Source of the DNA: a virus
Length of the DNA: 64,000 bases
IMG/VR virus record: IMGVR_UViG_3300023084_000004
Strand: one strand, 5' to 3'
Part shown: in pieces, positions 57,549 through 64,000 of the stretch
Layout: each line of letters begins with the position of its first letter
Numbering within the stretch: the stretch's first letter is position 1
Made by a program: the position numbers and the translations under genes
Notes under the pieces: generated by a model
What the model saw: only the letters and a program-made list of their open reading frames with translations
Databases searched by the model: none
What the model was told of the DNA's origin: nothing

Positions 57549-57779
57549 ATGGATGTAATGAAAGAACTCAATAGCTTAAGTATTCGTAAACCATTGACTG
57601 CCGAACAAGTGTCTTTATTAGCAGAATGTTCAGTACGTGATGGTGAGCAACGATACACTAAAGCTCAAATTAGAGATATGGTTGGAGCTCCAACTATTGA
57701 AGAAGAAGAAACCTGTATGTGCGGTGAACTTATTAATGAATGTGATGATGCATACTCACACATGACACACGGAGTTTAA
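57549..57779 (+). CDS. Early protein with C-terminal Cys/His motif (paralogue B)
   Basis: GAPTIEEEETCMCGELINECDDAYSHMTHGV. Confidence 0.75.
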   Translation: MDVMKELNSLSIRKPLTAEQVSLLAECSVRDGEQRYTKAQIRDMVGAPTIEEEETCMCGELINECDDAYSHMTHGV

Positions 57780-57802
57780 TCTTTTTAGAAAAGAAGTAAA
57801 TT

Positions 57803-59182
57803 ATGAAATATGAAGTAGAAACAAAAACCGTGATGGACGTAATTCAAGACACGATTGCAGGTGTAATTAATCCTGATCCAATTGGTCAAAGACCTCCAGT
57901 TACGAGTGGTAATAAAAAGAAACAAAATATTGTTGATTCTATATTAAAAGGATATTCCGTTGGTGCAATTACCGTTCGAAATATCGAAAACGATAAAGAA
58001 AATCAAAAAATCTATCCTGGTGTAAAATGGTTAGTGATTGATGGTGGTCACAGAATTCGTTCATTTAGAGATTTTCTAAAAGGATACTTTCCAACAAAGG
58101 ACGGTAAAATTTTTAGAACACTTACTAATGAACAGCGCGAAATTTTTGAAAATACTACACTTACCTTTTATGTGTATGAATGTACTAATGTTCAAGCAAC
58201 TGAAATTTTTAGGCGTTTAAACACAGTCACACCTGTAAATACTATTGAAATGGTTATGGCAAACGATGCTTCGAATGTAGCAAAACAAATTCGTAGTCGT
58301 GTAAAGTCATATTCAGAATATGATTATAATGACATTCATCCTATCTTTGAAACAAAATCAAATAAGAAAGGTAGTGAAAAGGCTGTACATTGGACTACTG
58401 ATATTAATCCAAGACGTAAATGGGATGAGTTTGTAGCAGTTGTAATATTAAAAGCTTTAGGTCGTGGTAATGTTGCTGCAGGTTTAGATGAAATTGAAAA
58501 ATTAGTAGAAGAAGATAAACCTCTTTCTTCTGATGTTCTTAAAACAGTAGATAAGTTTCTTGATGATGCTTTAAAGATTTCTAGAGAAATGAGTAAAAAG
58601 CTCAATACAGCAAACTTTGGTTCTCTTCATACTATTTGGTTTGGCTTACTTGAAAGACATGACTTTAAGATCAAAGACTATTCAGGATTCGCTAAAGAAT
58701 TCTTTAGAGTCAATTCAATGTTTAAAGGTGTAACTCCAAACAAATACGATACTGAACTTATTACCTTTAAAACAGGTGCACGTAATACATTGAAACAAGA
58801 TACAGATACAGTTAAAAAATTCGCAAGAATGGCTACTGAATATCCATCAAATCCTGCTGCTCAACATCAAGCTGCAGAAATGTATTTGAATGAAATGGAT
58901 ATCGATAAGTTTATTACGTCATTAGATAAAACAAGAACTATGAGTAAGGAAACAAAATTTGATATGTTAGCTGCTCAAGGGTTCACTTGCTTCCTAGATG
59001 GAGAACCATTAGATATTGATGATGCTATCTATGGGCATGATTTTGCACATGCCAAAGGTGGTAAGACGGATTTCCTTAATGGTAAAATCATTCGTAAATC
59101 ACATAACCAGGATATGGGAACACTATCATTCGATGAATACATTATGGTTCTCGAAATGAGAAAAAAGGCTAAAATTGCTTAA
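57803..59182 (+). CDS. DUF262 (ParB-like) plus C-terminal HNH nuclease, GmrSD/SspE-like architecture
   Basis: GQR, IVDSILKGY, VIDGGHR, FRRLN; C-terminal GHDFAHAKGG..LNG..SHN. Confidence 0.8.
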   Translation: MKYEVETKTVMDVIQDTIAGVINPDPIGQRPPVTSGNKKKQNIVDSILKGYSVGAITVRNIENDKENQKIYPGVKWLVIDGGHRIRSFRDFLKGYFPTKDGKIFRTLTNEQREIFENTTLTFYVYECTNVQATEIFRRLNTVTPVNTIEMVMANDASNVAKQIRSRVKSYSEYDYNDIHPIFETKSNKKGSEKAVHWTTDINPRRKWDEFVAVVILKALGRGNVAAGLDEIEKLVEEDKPLSSDVLKTVDKFLDDALKISREMSKKLNTANFGSLHTIWFGLLERHDFKIKDYSGFAKEFFRVNSMFKGVTPNKYDTELITFKTGARNTLKQDTDTVKKFARMATEYPSNPAAQHQAAEMYLNEMDIDKFITSLDKTRTMSKETKFDMLAAQGFTCFLDGEPLDIDDAIYGHDFAHAKGGKTDFLNGKIIRKSHNQDMGTLSFDEYIMVLEMRKKAKIA

Positions 59183-59197
59183 AATAAATTTGTAATA

Positions 59198-59239
59198 AAA
59201 TCAATAACTTAGATATGTGTATCTCTAAGTGGTTGATTT
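59198..59239. repeat. 15-bp imperfect inverted repeat AAATCAATAACTTAG / CTAAGTGGTTGATTT
   Basis: Read directly; 12-bp spacer. Confidence 0.75.
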
Positions 59240-59277
59240 CATTAACAAAAAAAAGTGAAAAAAAGTGAAAAAAACAG

Positions 59278-59336
59278 TTGACATTTGCTGGAGACTGTGG
59301 TAGAATGGTAACATAAATTAGGAAAAGGAATAAATC
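59278..59336 (+). promoter_or_regulatory. Early promoter/leader cassette 3
   Basis: TTGACA-N17-TAGAAT-GGTAACATAAATTAGGAAAAGGA; phased A-tracts upstream. Confidence 0.8.
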
Positions 59337-59678
59337 ATGTCAACGTATAAAATCCAAGAATCCTTTAATTGTAATGGCACGTGCCTACAAGGATACTATA
59401 ACGCTAACTACCATACCTTGGTAGAAATCTTAGGCGAACCTCACTACACTGAAACATCAGGCGACGGAAAAGTCGATGTTGAGTGGAATCTTAAAGTAAC
59501 AGACAATTTCACAGACGAGTCTTACGACGTAACCATTTATAATTGGAAAGATTATGATGGCGGAAATCACTGCCGCAATGCTTCTACATATGAATGGCAT
59601 ATTGGTGGTAAATCTAGAATGTCCGCAGTAGTTCTTAAAGACGCTCTAAACGAATTAATAATGGAGGAAGTAGCATAA
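59337..59678 (+). CDS. Early hypothetical protein
   Basis: ORF after cassette 3; GDGKVDVEW, YNWKDY, WHIGG. Confidence 0.75.
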   Translation: MSTYKIQESFNCNGTCLQGYYNANYHTLVEILGEPHYTETSGDGKVDVEWNLKVTDNFTDESYDVTIYNWKDYDGGNHCRNASTYEWHIGGKSRMSAVVLKDALNELIMEEVA

Positions 59679-59878
59679 TGAGTAGTTATTATGATGATCC
59701 GGATGTGCGTATCGCCGAAGCAGAAATGCGCAGAAATAAGAAGTCAGCTAAAAGGTTGGCTAAAATGAGAGCAGAAGATTTTGTTCTTTATGCAGATAAT
59801 GACGATTTTGATATAAGTGAAATCACAGGTCGTCACGATTATGGAATTGGTTTTAGCGACGATTATAAGTTATATTAA
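59678..59878 (+). CDS. Early hypothetical acidic protein
   Basis: TAATG coupling with SD GGAGG. Confidence 0.65.
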   Translation: MSSYYDDPDVRIAEAEMRRNKKSAKRLAKMRAEDFVLYADNDDFDISEITGRHDYGIGFSDDYKLY

Positions 59879-59880
59879 TA

Positions 59881-60033
59881 ATGGAAGTTGTTTCAATACT
59901 ATTAACAATGTCTTTGACTTTCGTATTCTTTATGCTTGTACTTAAAGCAGTGGTTGGAACTATAGAGTTTGCATACGAGAATGCATTTTTACTATTTTGC
60001 TTTTTCTGTGTCCTTGCTATAGTTCTCTTATAA
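59881..60033 (+). CDS. Small two-TM membrane protein (50 aa)
   Basis: Not in track. MEVVSILLTMSLTFVFFMLVLKAVVG...LFCFFCVLAIVLL. Confidence 0.5.
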   Translation: MEVVSILLTMSLTFVFFMLVLKAVVGTIEFAYENAFLLFCFFCVLAIVLL

Positions 60034-60075
60034 CAAAAAGTTATAAGCTTATAACAAAAAAGTATAAAGAAAAGG

Positions 60076-60136
60076 TTGACATTGACAAAAATTTGTGATA
60101 GAATGTACACATCAAAATGAGGAATGGATTAAAACT
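60076..60136 (+). promoter_or_regulatory. Early promoter/leader cassette 4 (diverged)
   Basis: TTGACA-N17-TAGAAT...AAAATGAGGAATGGA; preceded by the 16-bp palindrome GTTATAAGCTTATAAC. Confidence 0.7.
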
Positions 60137-60562
60137 ATGTTAGTTTCTTTCGCTGGTCCACGGGGTGGTAATCTTGATACAGGACTTCAGTCCTATGCAC
60201 TTCTAGCTATTCGTTCATTCGCAAAACAATTAGGCATCTCTCGCCTACGTACGAATATTCAAGTAAATCTTCACCACAAGCTATACGTTGACAAATCTAA
60301 CTGTAGTGAAGGTCTTTGTGAATCCGTGGACCAGCGACATTTTATTATTGATGTAGCACTTTATGGAAACTGGTTGTCAACACTAGCACATGAAATGGTA
60401 CATGTAAAACAGTTTGCACGAGGCGAATTAGATCCTCAGTTGACGCGTTGGAAAACTAAGAATCACGCGAATACTGATTATTGGGATCAGCCGTGGGAAA
60501 AAGAAGCACGACGTTTGCAGAACAAGATGCTCAATAACTTTATGAAGGAATTTGAATACTAG
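60137..60562 (+). CDS. HExxH zinc metallopeptidase-like protein
   Basis: TLAHEMVHVKQ and downstream PWEKEA. Confidence 0.75.
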   Translation: MLVSFAGPRGGNLDTGLQSYALLAIRSFAKQLGISRLRTNIQVNLHHKLYVDKSNCSEGLCESVDQRHFIIDVALYGNWLSTLAHEMVHVKQFARGELDPQLTRWKTKNHANTDYWDQPWEKEARRLQNKMLNNFMKEFEY

Positions 60563-60575
60563 AATAAAAGTTTTT

Positions 60576-60652
60576 GCGCTCTTAGTTCAGCTGGATAGAA
60601 CAACAGCCTTCTAAGCTGTGGGTCCCAGGTTCGAGTCCTGGAGGGCGCGCCA
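60576..60652 (+). tRNA. tRNA-Arg(TCT)
   Basis: Cloverleaf, TTCGAGT T-loop, encoded CCA. Confidence 0.95.
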
Positions 60653-60656
60653 AATT

Positions 60657-60741
60657 GCCGTGGTGGTGAAATTGGTATACACAGCAGACTTAAAATTTGC
60701 CTCCTTCGGGATTGAGGGTTCAAGTCCCTCCCGCGGCACCA
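60657..60741 (+). tRNA. tRNA-Leu(TAA)
   Basis: Cloverleaf with long variable arm, CCA. Confidence 0.95.
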
Positions 60742-60746
60742 TATAT

Positions 60747-60822
60747 AGGACTGTAGCTCAATGGTTAGAGCATCCGTCTTATAAGCGGAAGGTCGATGGT
60801 TCAACTCCATCCAGTCCTACCA
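60747..60822 (+). tRNA. tRNA-Ile(TAT)
   Basis: Anticodon loop CT-TAT-AA, A73, CCA. Confidence 0.9.
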
Positions 60823-60844
60823 ATGCATTGTTAAAGGTTAAATA

Positions 60845-61057
60845 ATGTTTGATGTAAAATTAGCAACAGACAAACCGTATATTACACTAATATGTAATCC
60901 ATACGAAGATAAAAGTTCAATCAATACACGAATAACGATTGATGTAATGGAAAAAGATTTGAGTCGAGATGATATGATTAAAGTCCTAGAAGACTTTATG
61001 AAAGCAATGGGCTATCATTTTTCTCCAGGCGAACATTTAGGATATGAGTATGAGTAG
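60845..61057 (+). CDS. Hypothetical protein
   Basis: ORF with SD. Confidence 0.6.
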   Translation: MFDVKLATDKPYITLICNPYEDKSSINTRITIDVMEKDLSRDDMIKVLEDFMKAMGYHFSPGEHLGYEYE

Positions 61058-61256
61058 ATATATAGTTAGACTTGAAGAGGACCCAGATACCGGAGAACCG
61101 ATTCTACCTATTCCTGATGAACTATTAGTGCAAGTGGGTTGGAGCGAAGGTGATGAATTAATTTGGGAAGAAACCTTACTGTGTGAAGAACACGGAGAGT
61201 ATCATGGTTATACTTTAAGGAAGAAAGAGGTGAGTGATGAAAACGAACGCGATTGA
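61050..61256 (+). CDS. AbrB/MazE (SpoVT-like) swapped-hairpin domain protein
   Basis: GEPILPIPDELLVQVGWSEGDELIWE. Confidence 0.7.
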   Translation: MSRYIVRLEEDPDTGEPILPIPDELLVQVGWSEGDELIWEETLLCEEHGEYHGYTLRKKEVSDENERD

Positions 61257-61335
61257 AATTGAGCGTCAGAAGTCTGTGGGTAGGCGACTAATGGACAAAT
61301 ATTCCGGAGCACTCTCTGGTCTTGCTAAGCGATAG
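61237..61335 (+). CDS. 32-aa peptide resembling the C-terminal helix of Doc-partner antitoxins
   Basis: Not in track. SD GAGGTGA; MKTNAIEIERQKSVGRRLMDKYSGALSGLAKR. Confidence 0.6.
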   Translation: MKTNAIEIERQKSVGRRLMDKYSGALSGLAKR

Positions 61336-61344
61336 AGGCGAGTA

Positions 61345-61614
61345 ATGAAAGCAGAACTTGAAATTGATATGTATACTGATATAGATCCTGAAGGTATTCG
61401 TCGGACATTGTTTATAGGTGAAGGTTCGTGTGAACCAAACTTTCAAGATGTTGAAAGTTGGGAAGAAACTGTTAAACGCACTATTGGATACTACAGTATT
61501 CCTAGTTATAACACTATCGCACCGGGTGATGTAGAAGAACTTGAAAAAATAGTTGCTGGTTTAGAAAAAGCTGTTGCACTGTTTAGAGAAAAAATAGAAC
61601 AGCACAAAGAGTAA
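61345..61614 (+). CDS. Hypothetical acidic protein
   Basis: ORF with SD GAGG. Confidence 0.6.
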   Translation: MKAELEIDMYTDIDPEGIRRTLFIGEGSCEPNFQDVESWEETVKRTIGYYSIPSYNTIAPGDVEELEKIVAGLEKAVALFREKIEQHKE

Positions 61615-61703
61615 CAAGAGAAGTGGAAGTCCGATGTACTTAGGCCGGACAGTGTGATAGTGGGTTGCGCCGAATTTACTGGTTGGTTCTATCACACACC
61701 TAT

Positions 61704-61793
61704 GGAGAAGTGGCAGAGTGGTTGAATGCACTTGACTTGAAATCAAGCGAAGGCGAAAGTCTTCCGTGAGTTCGAATCTCACCTTCTCCGCCA
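61704..61793 (+). tRNA. tRNA-Ser(TGA)
   Basis: Long variable arm, G73, CCA. Confidence 0.95.
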
Positions 61794-61797
61794 TATA

Positions 61798-61874
61798 CTC
61801 GGTGTAGCGCAGTCTGGTAGCGCAATTGCTTTGGGAGCAATGGGTCGGGAGTTCGAATCTCTCCACCGAGACCA
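61798..61874 (+). tRNA. tRNA-Pro(TGG)
   Basis: Cloverleaf, C1-G72, CCA. Confidence 0.95.
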
Positions 61875-61890
61875 CTAAGAGGAAATGGAA

Positions 61891-62073
61891 ATGAGTAAAA
61901 AAAGAATTCCATTAAAAGGTGGAGACGAAGTAGATGCTCTTACCAGTGCAAGAAAGTTTTATTGCTATTTGTCAAAGCCAGGTGTAGTAAAAAAAATTAA
62001 AAGAAAATATAACAAAAGGTTTAGAAAAGATGGAAAGGCAGAAATCAAATCCAGTAGCGAAGAACATAAATAA
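61891..62073 (+). CDS. Small basic hypothetical protein
   Basis: RIPLKGGDEVDALT...KKIKRKYNKRFRK. Confidence 0.6.
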   Translation: MSKKRIPLKGGDEVDALTSARKFYCYLSKPGVVKKIKRKYNKRFRKDGKAEIKSSSEEHK

Positions 62074-62164
62074 GTTCAATAAACCTGTTACGCACGTTGA
62101 TCGCAAAAAGGCCGCGTCACGTGGTTATATTAAACATAAAGGAACATTGAATAATAATGGATAA
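62030..62164 (+). CDS. Small basic hypothetical protein (44 aa)
   Basis: Not in track. NPVAKNINKFNKPVTHVDRKKAASRGYIKHK. Confidence 0.45.
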   Translation: MERQKSNPVAKNINKFNKPVTHVDRKKAASRGYIKHKGTLNNNG

Positions 62165-62336
62165 ACTTATTGGTGAACTTAAGGAAAAGCTTCTTATACA
62201 AGAGAATGAATTGAATAAGCTACGAGCTGATGTTGGACTTTATAAGAAAATGGTCGAAGAAGAAAACCAGCAAAAGTACGATGCTTATAAAAGAATTCAT
62301 GAGCTTCAAACAGAATTAGAAAAACTAAAAAACTAA
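62157..62336 (+). CDS. Coiled-coil hypothetical protein (59 aa)
   Basis: Not in track. MDKLIGELKEKLLIQENEL...; SD AAGGA. Confidence 0.55.
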   Translation: MDKLIGELKEKLLIQENELNKLRADVGLYKKMVEEENQQKYDAYKRIHELQTELEKLKN

Positions 62337-62516
62337 ATGAGATTGTTAGTAGAAAATTATGGGGATGTTAAAATTTTTTCTGAACGTCCTTATGGTTATA
62401 AAAGATATATTGTAGAATGGCCTGATAGAACTCAAATGTTCAGTGGATTATGGTATAGTGAACAAAAAGTCCGCGAATTAGTTGAAATCAGATTGCATTT
62501 TGCAAAAGGAGATTAA
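62337..62516 (+). CDS. Hypothetical protein (59 aa)
   Basis: Not in track. MRLLVENYGDVKIFSERPYGYKRYIVEW; abuts previous stop. Confidence 0.55.
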   Translation: MRLLVENYGDVKIFSERPYGYKRYIVEWPDRTQMFSGLWYSEQKVRELVEIRLHFAKGD

Positions 62517-62517
62517 C

Positions 62518-62593
<76 letters not shown>

Positions 62594-62606
62594 TATTTAA
62601 TAATGT

Positions 62607-62682
62607 GGGGCTATAGCTCAGTTGGGAGAGCGCCTCGTTTGCACCGAGGAGGTCGCAGGTTCGACTCCTGTTAGCTCCACCA
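62607..62682 (+). tRNA. tRNA-Ala(TGC)
   Basis: G3:U70 identity pair, CCA. Confidence 0.95.
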
Positions 62683-62692
62683 GTGGAATATT

Positions 62693-63469
62693 ATGAAAAA
62701 AGAAGAATGTTACATATTTGATGTTGATGGTACACTTACACGATCTAGAGGTGTAATCGACGAACAGTTTCACGAGTATCTTCTTAATTTCGCAGAATCA
62801 AATGACATATATTTGGTGACTGGTAGTGATAGACAAAAAACAATCGAACAGATTGGTGTAAAGCTTTATGATAAGTGTCTTGGTGTTTACCAGTGTAATG
62901 GAAACGAGTTATGGTATAGAAATAGGAGAATAAAAACTAATCCTTGGAAACCATCTTATGAGCTCGAGCATTTCCTTAAAAATAAAATTCATCATAGTCG
63001 TTATCCTTTTAAAACCGATAATCACATAGAAGTACGCACAGGAATGGTTAATGTGAGTACAGTAGGCAGAGCTGCAGATAAAAAACAAAGAAAAGATTAT
63101 TATGATTGGGATAGAATAAATCTCGAGCGTAAAAACCTATGTGATGATATTAACAGAAAGTTTAAAGATCTTCATGCAACAGCAGGTGGAGAAATAAGTA
63201 TAGATATAGCTCCTAAAAAAGCAGATAAGTCTCAAGCCGCTTATGATTTATATAAGCAATATGAGTTCTTAACTTTTTTCGGAGATAAATGTGATCATGG
63301 CGGGAATGATTACTCAATTGCTCTTGTAATTGAACTTGGTAAAATGGGTATAGTACATAGAGTAAAATCTTGGGAAGATACATTCGCGTTATTAAGAACA
63401 ACAAAAAGATTAGAGGAACTTGGCTATGAAAATAAAAAACAAGCGGGAACGACAGCTCCGAGCATTTGA
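62693..63469 (+). CDS. HAD-IIB phosphomannomutase, eukaryote PMM-like
   Basis: FDVDGTLT, VTGSD, IEVRTGMVNVS, GGEISIDI, FFGDK..GGND. Confidence 0.8.
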   Translation: MKKEECYIFDVDGTLTRSRGVIDEQFHEYLLNFAESNDIYLVTGSDRQKTIEQIGVKLYDKCLGVYQCNGNELWYRNRRIKTNPWKPSYELEHFLKNKIHHSRYPFKTDNHIEVRTGMVNVSTVGRAADKKQRKDYYDWDRINLERKNLCDDINRKFKDLHATAGGEISIDIAPKKADKSQAAYDLYKQYEFLTFFGDKCDHGGNDYSIALVIELGKMGIVHRVKSWEDTFALLRTTKRLEELGYENKKQAGTTAPSI

Positions 63470-63593
63470 GCGCTTAAGAGAATCAAAGTTTTTCCCTAAA
63501 ACAAATAAAGCAGGTCACGAACGCACTCAAGAGAAGTGGCAAGAGCGAAAAGATAAAGAGTTAGAAATACTCAAAAAGAGGTGTAGTATATGA
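63426..63593 (+). CDS. Small basic hypothetical protein (55 aa)
   Basis: Not in track; overlaps PMM end. Confidence 0.45.
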   Translation: MKIKNKRERQLRAFERLRESKFFPKTNKAGHERTQEKWQERKDKELEILKKRCSI

Positions 63594-63769
63594 GTACAGA
63601 CGGAAGAATTAAATACACTTACAATCATCCCGTAAAAGAAGGAGTTGTATTGGAAGTGGTAGGAACAGAAGAAAGAGTTGAAGGTGATACAACTCTTGTT
63701 CGTAGAGTTGATGGATACATTATTGATATTCCAACCGCGAACATTACTAATAAGGAACAGTTAAGTTAA
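63590..63769 (+). CDS. Hypothetical protein (59 aa)
   Basis: Not in track. ATGA overlap; SD GAGGTG. Confidence 0.55.
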   Translation: MSTDGRIKYTYNHPVKEGVVLEVVGTEERVEGDTTLVRRVDGYIIDIPTANITNKEQLS

Positions 63770-64000
63770 TGATTAAAAGCGAAAAAGGTGAAAAGAAACT
63801 AGATTGGTATGTAAAATGGATTGCATCTATTCTAGTACTTGTATCTATTATAGCAAGATCCTCAGGCCCAGAGTATCGAGAAATTGATATGTATGTTGGT
63901 ACTGTTGGTATTGCTATGTGGTTATGGGTATCGCTTTTGTGGGAAGATAGAGCACTCATTCTATTGAATGGTGTTTCTTTTTCGCTACTTACTATTGGCC
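63769..64000 (+). CDS. Membrane protein, truncated by window end
   Basis: LDWYVKWIASILVL..., WEDRALILLNG; TAATG coupling. Confidence 0.6.
   Translation, partial: MIKSEKGEKKLDWYVKWIASILVLVSIIARSSGPEYREIDMYVGTVGIAMWLWVSLLWEDRALILLNGVSFSLLTIG

Noticed and set aside
61615-61700. GTGGAAGTCC resembles the RNase P RNA GAGGAAAGTCC motif
   Set aside because: Region far too short and other conserved RNase P regions absent
60559-61912. Track ORFs 60559-60810, 60618-60845, 61561-61875, 61700-61912
   Set aside because: They are translations of tRNA genes or their reverse complement

Overview
AT-rich 64-kb segment of a large T4-like (Tevenvirinae-related, probably marine, proteobacteria-infecting) myovirus. 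It is not a bacterial chromosome. 1-26.1 kb: baseplate/tail module (DUF4815-type protein, gp8, an S8 protease, a gp9/10-like fibre, a YHYH protein, gp7, gp6, gp25, an M15 peptidase, gp5, a split gp53, gp48, gp4, gp2, gp54, gp26, gp51, a gp29-like protein). 26.1-28.4 kb: peroxiredoxin, Hsp20, a small RHH protein, a secreted protein and dUTPase. 28.5-56.7 kb: replication, recombination and late-transcription core (regA, gp62/44/45, gp43, gp46/47, gp55, uvsW/Y, gp3, gp52/39) with accessory metabolism. 56.9-64 kb: early genes behind repeated sigma70-type promoter/leader cassettes, a DUF262-HNH nuclease, 7 tRNAs (all with U34 anticodons) and a eukaryote-type PMM. The most promising system is at 31.6-38.3 kb. 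A T4 gp42-type dCMP hydroxymethylase sits beside a promoter-delimited unit encoding GalE, a beta-glucosyltransferase-like GT-B enzyme, UDP-galactopyranose mutase, an atypical C5-methyltransferase, an exonuclease and a second (GT-A) glycosyltransferase. This points to DNA hypermodification of hydroxymethylcytosine with a furanose sugar (galactofuranose or arabinofuranose). Other leads are an unannotated 32-aa peptide resembling the Doc-neutralising tail of AbrB-type antitoxins, a ROSE-like thermometer before hsp20, and an orphan promoter antisense to uvsW. All family assignments come from motif recognition and remembered sequences; no searches were run.
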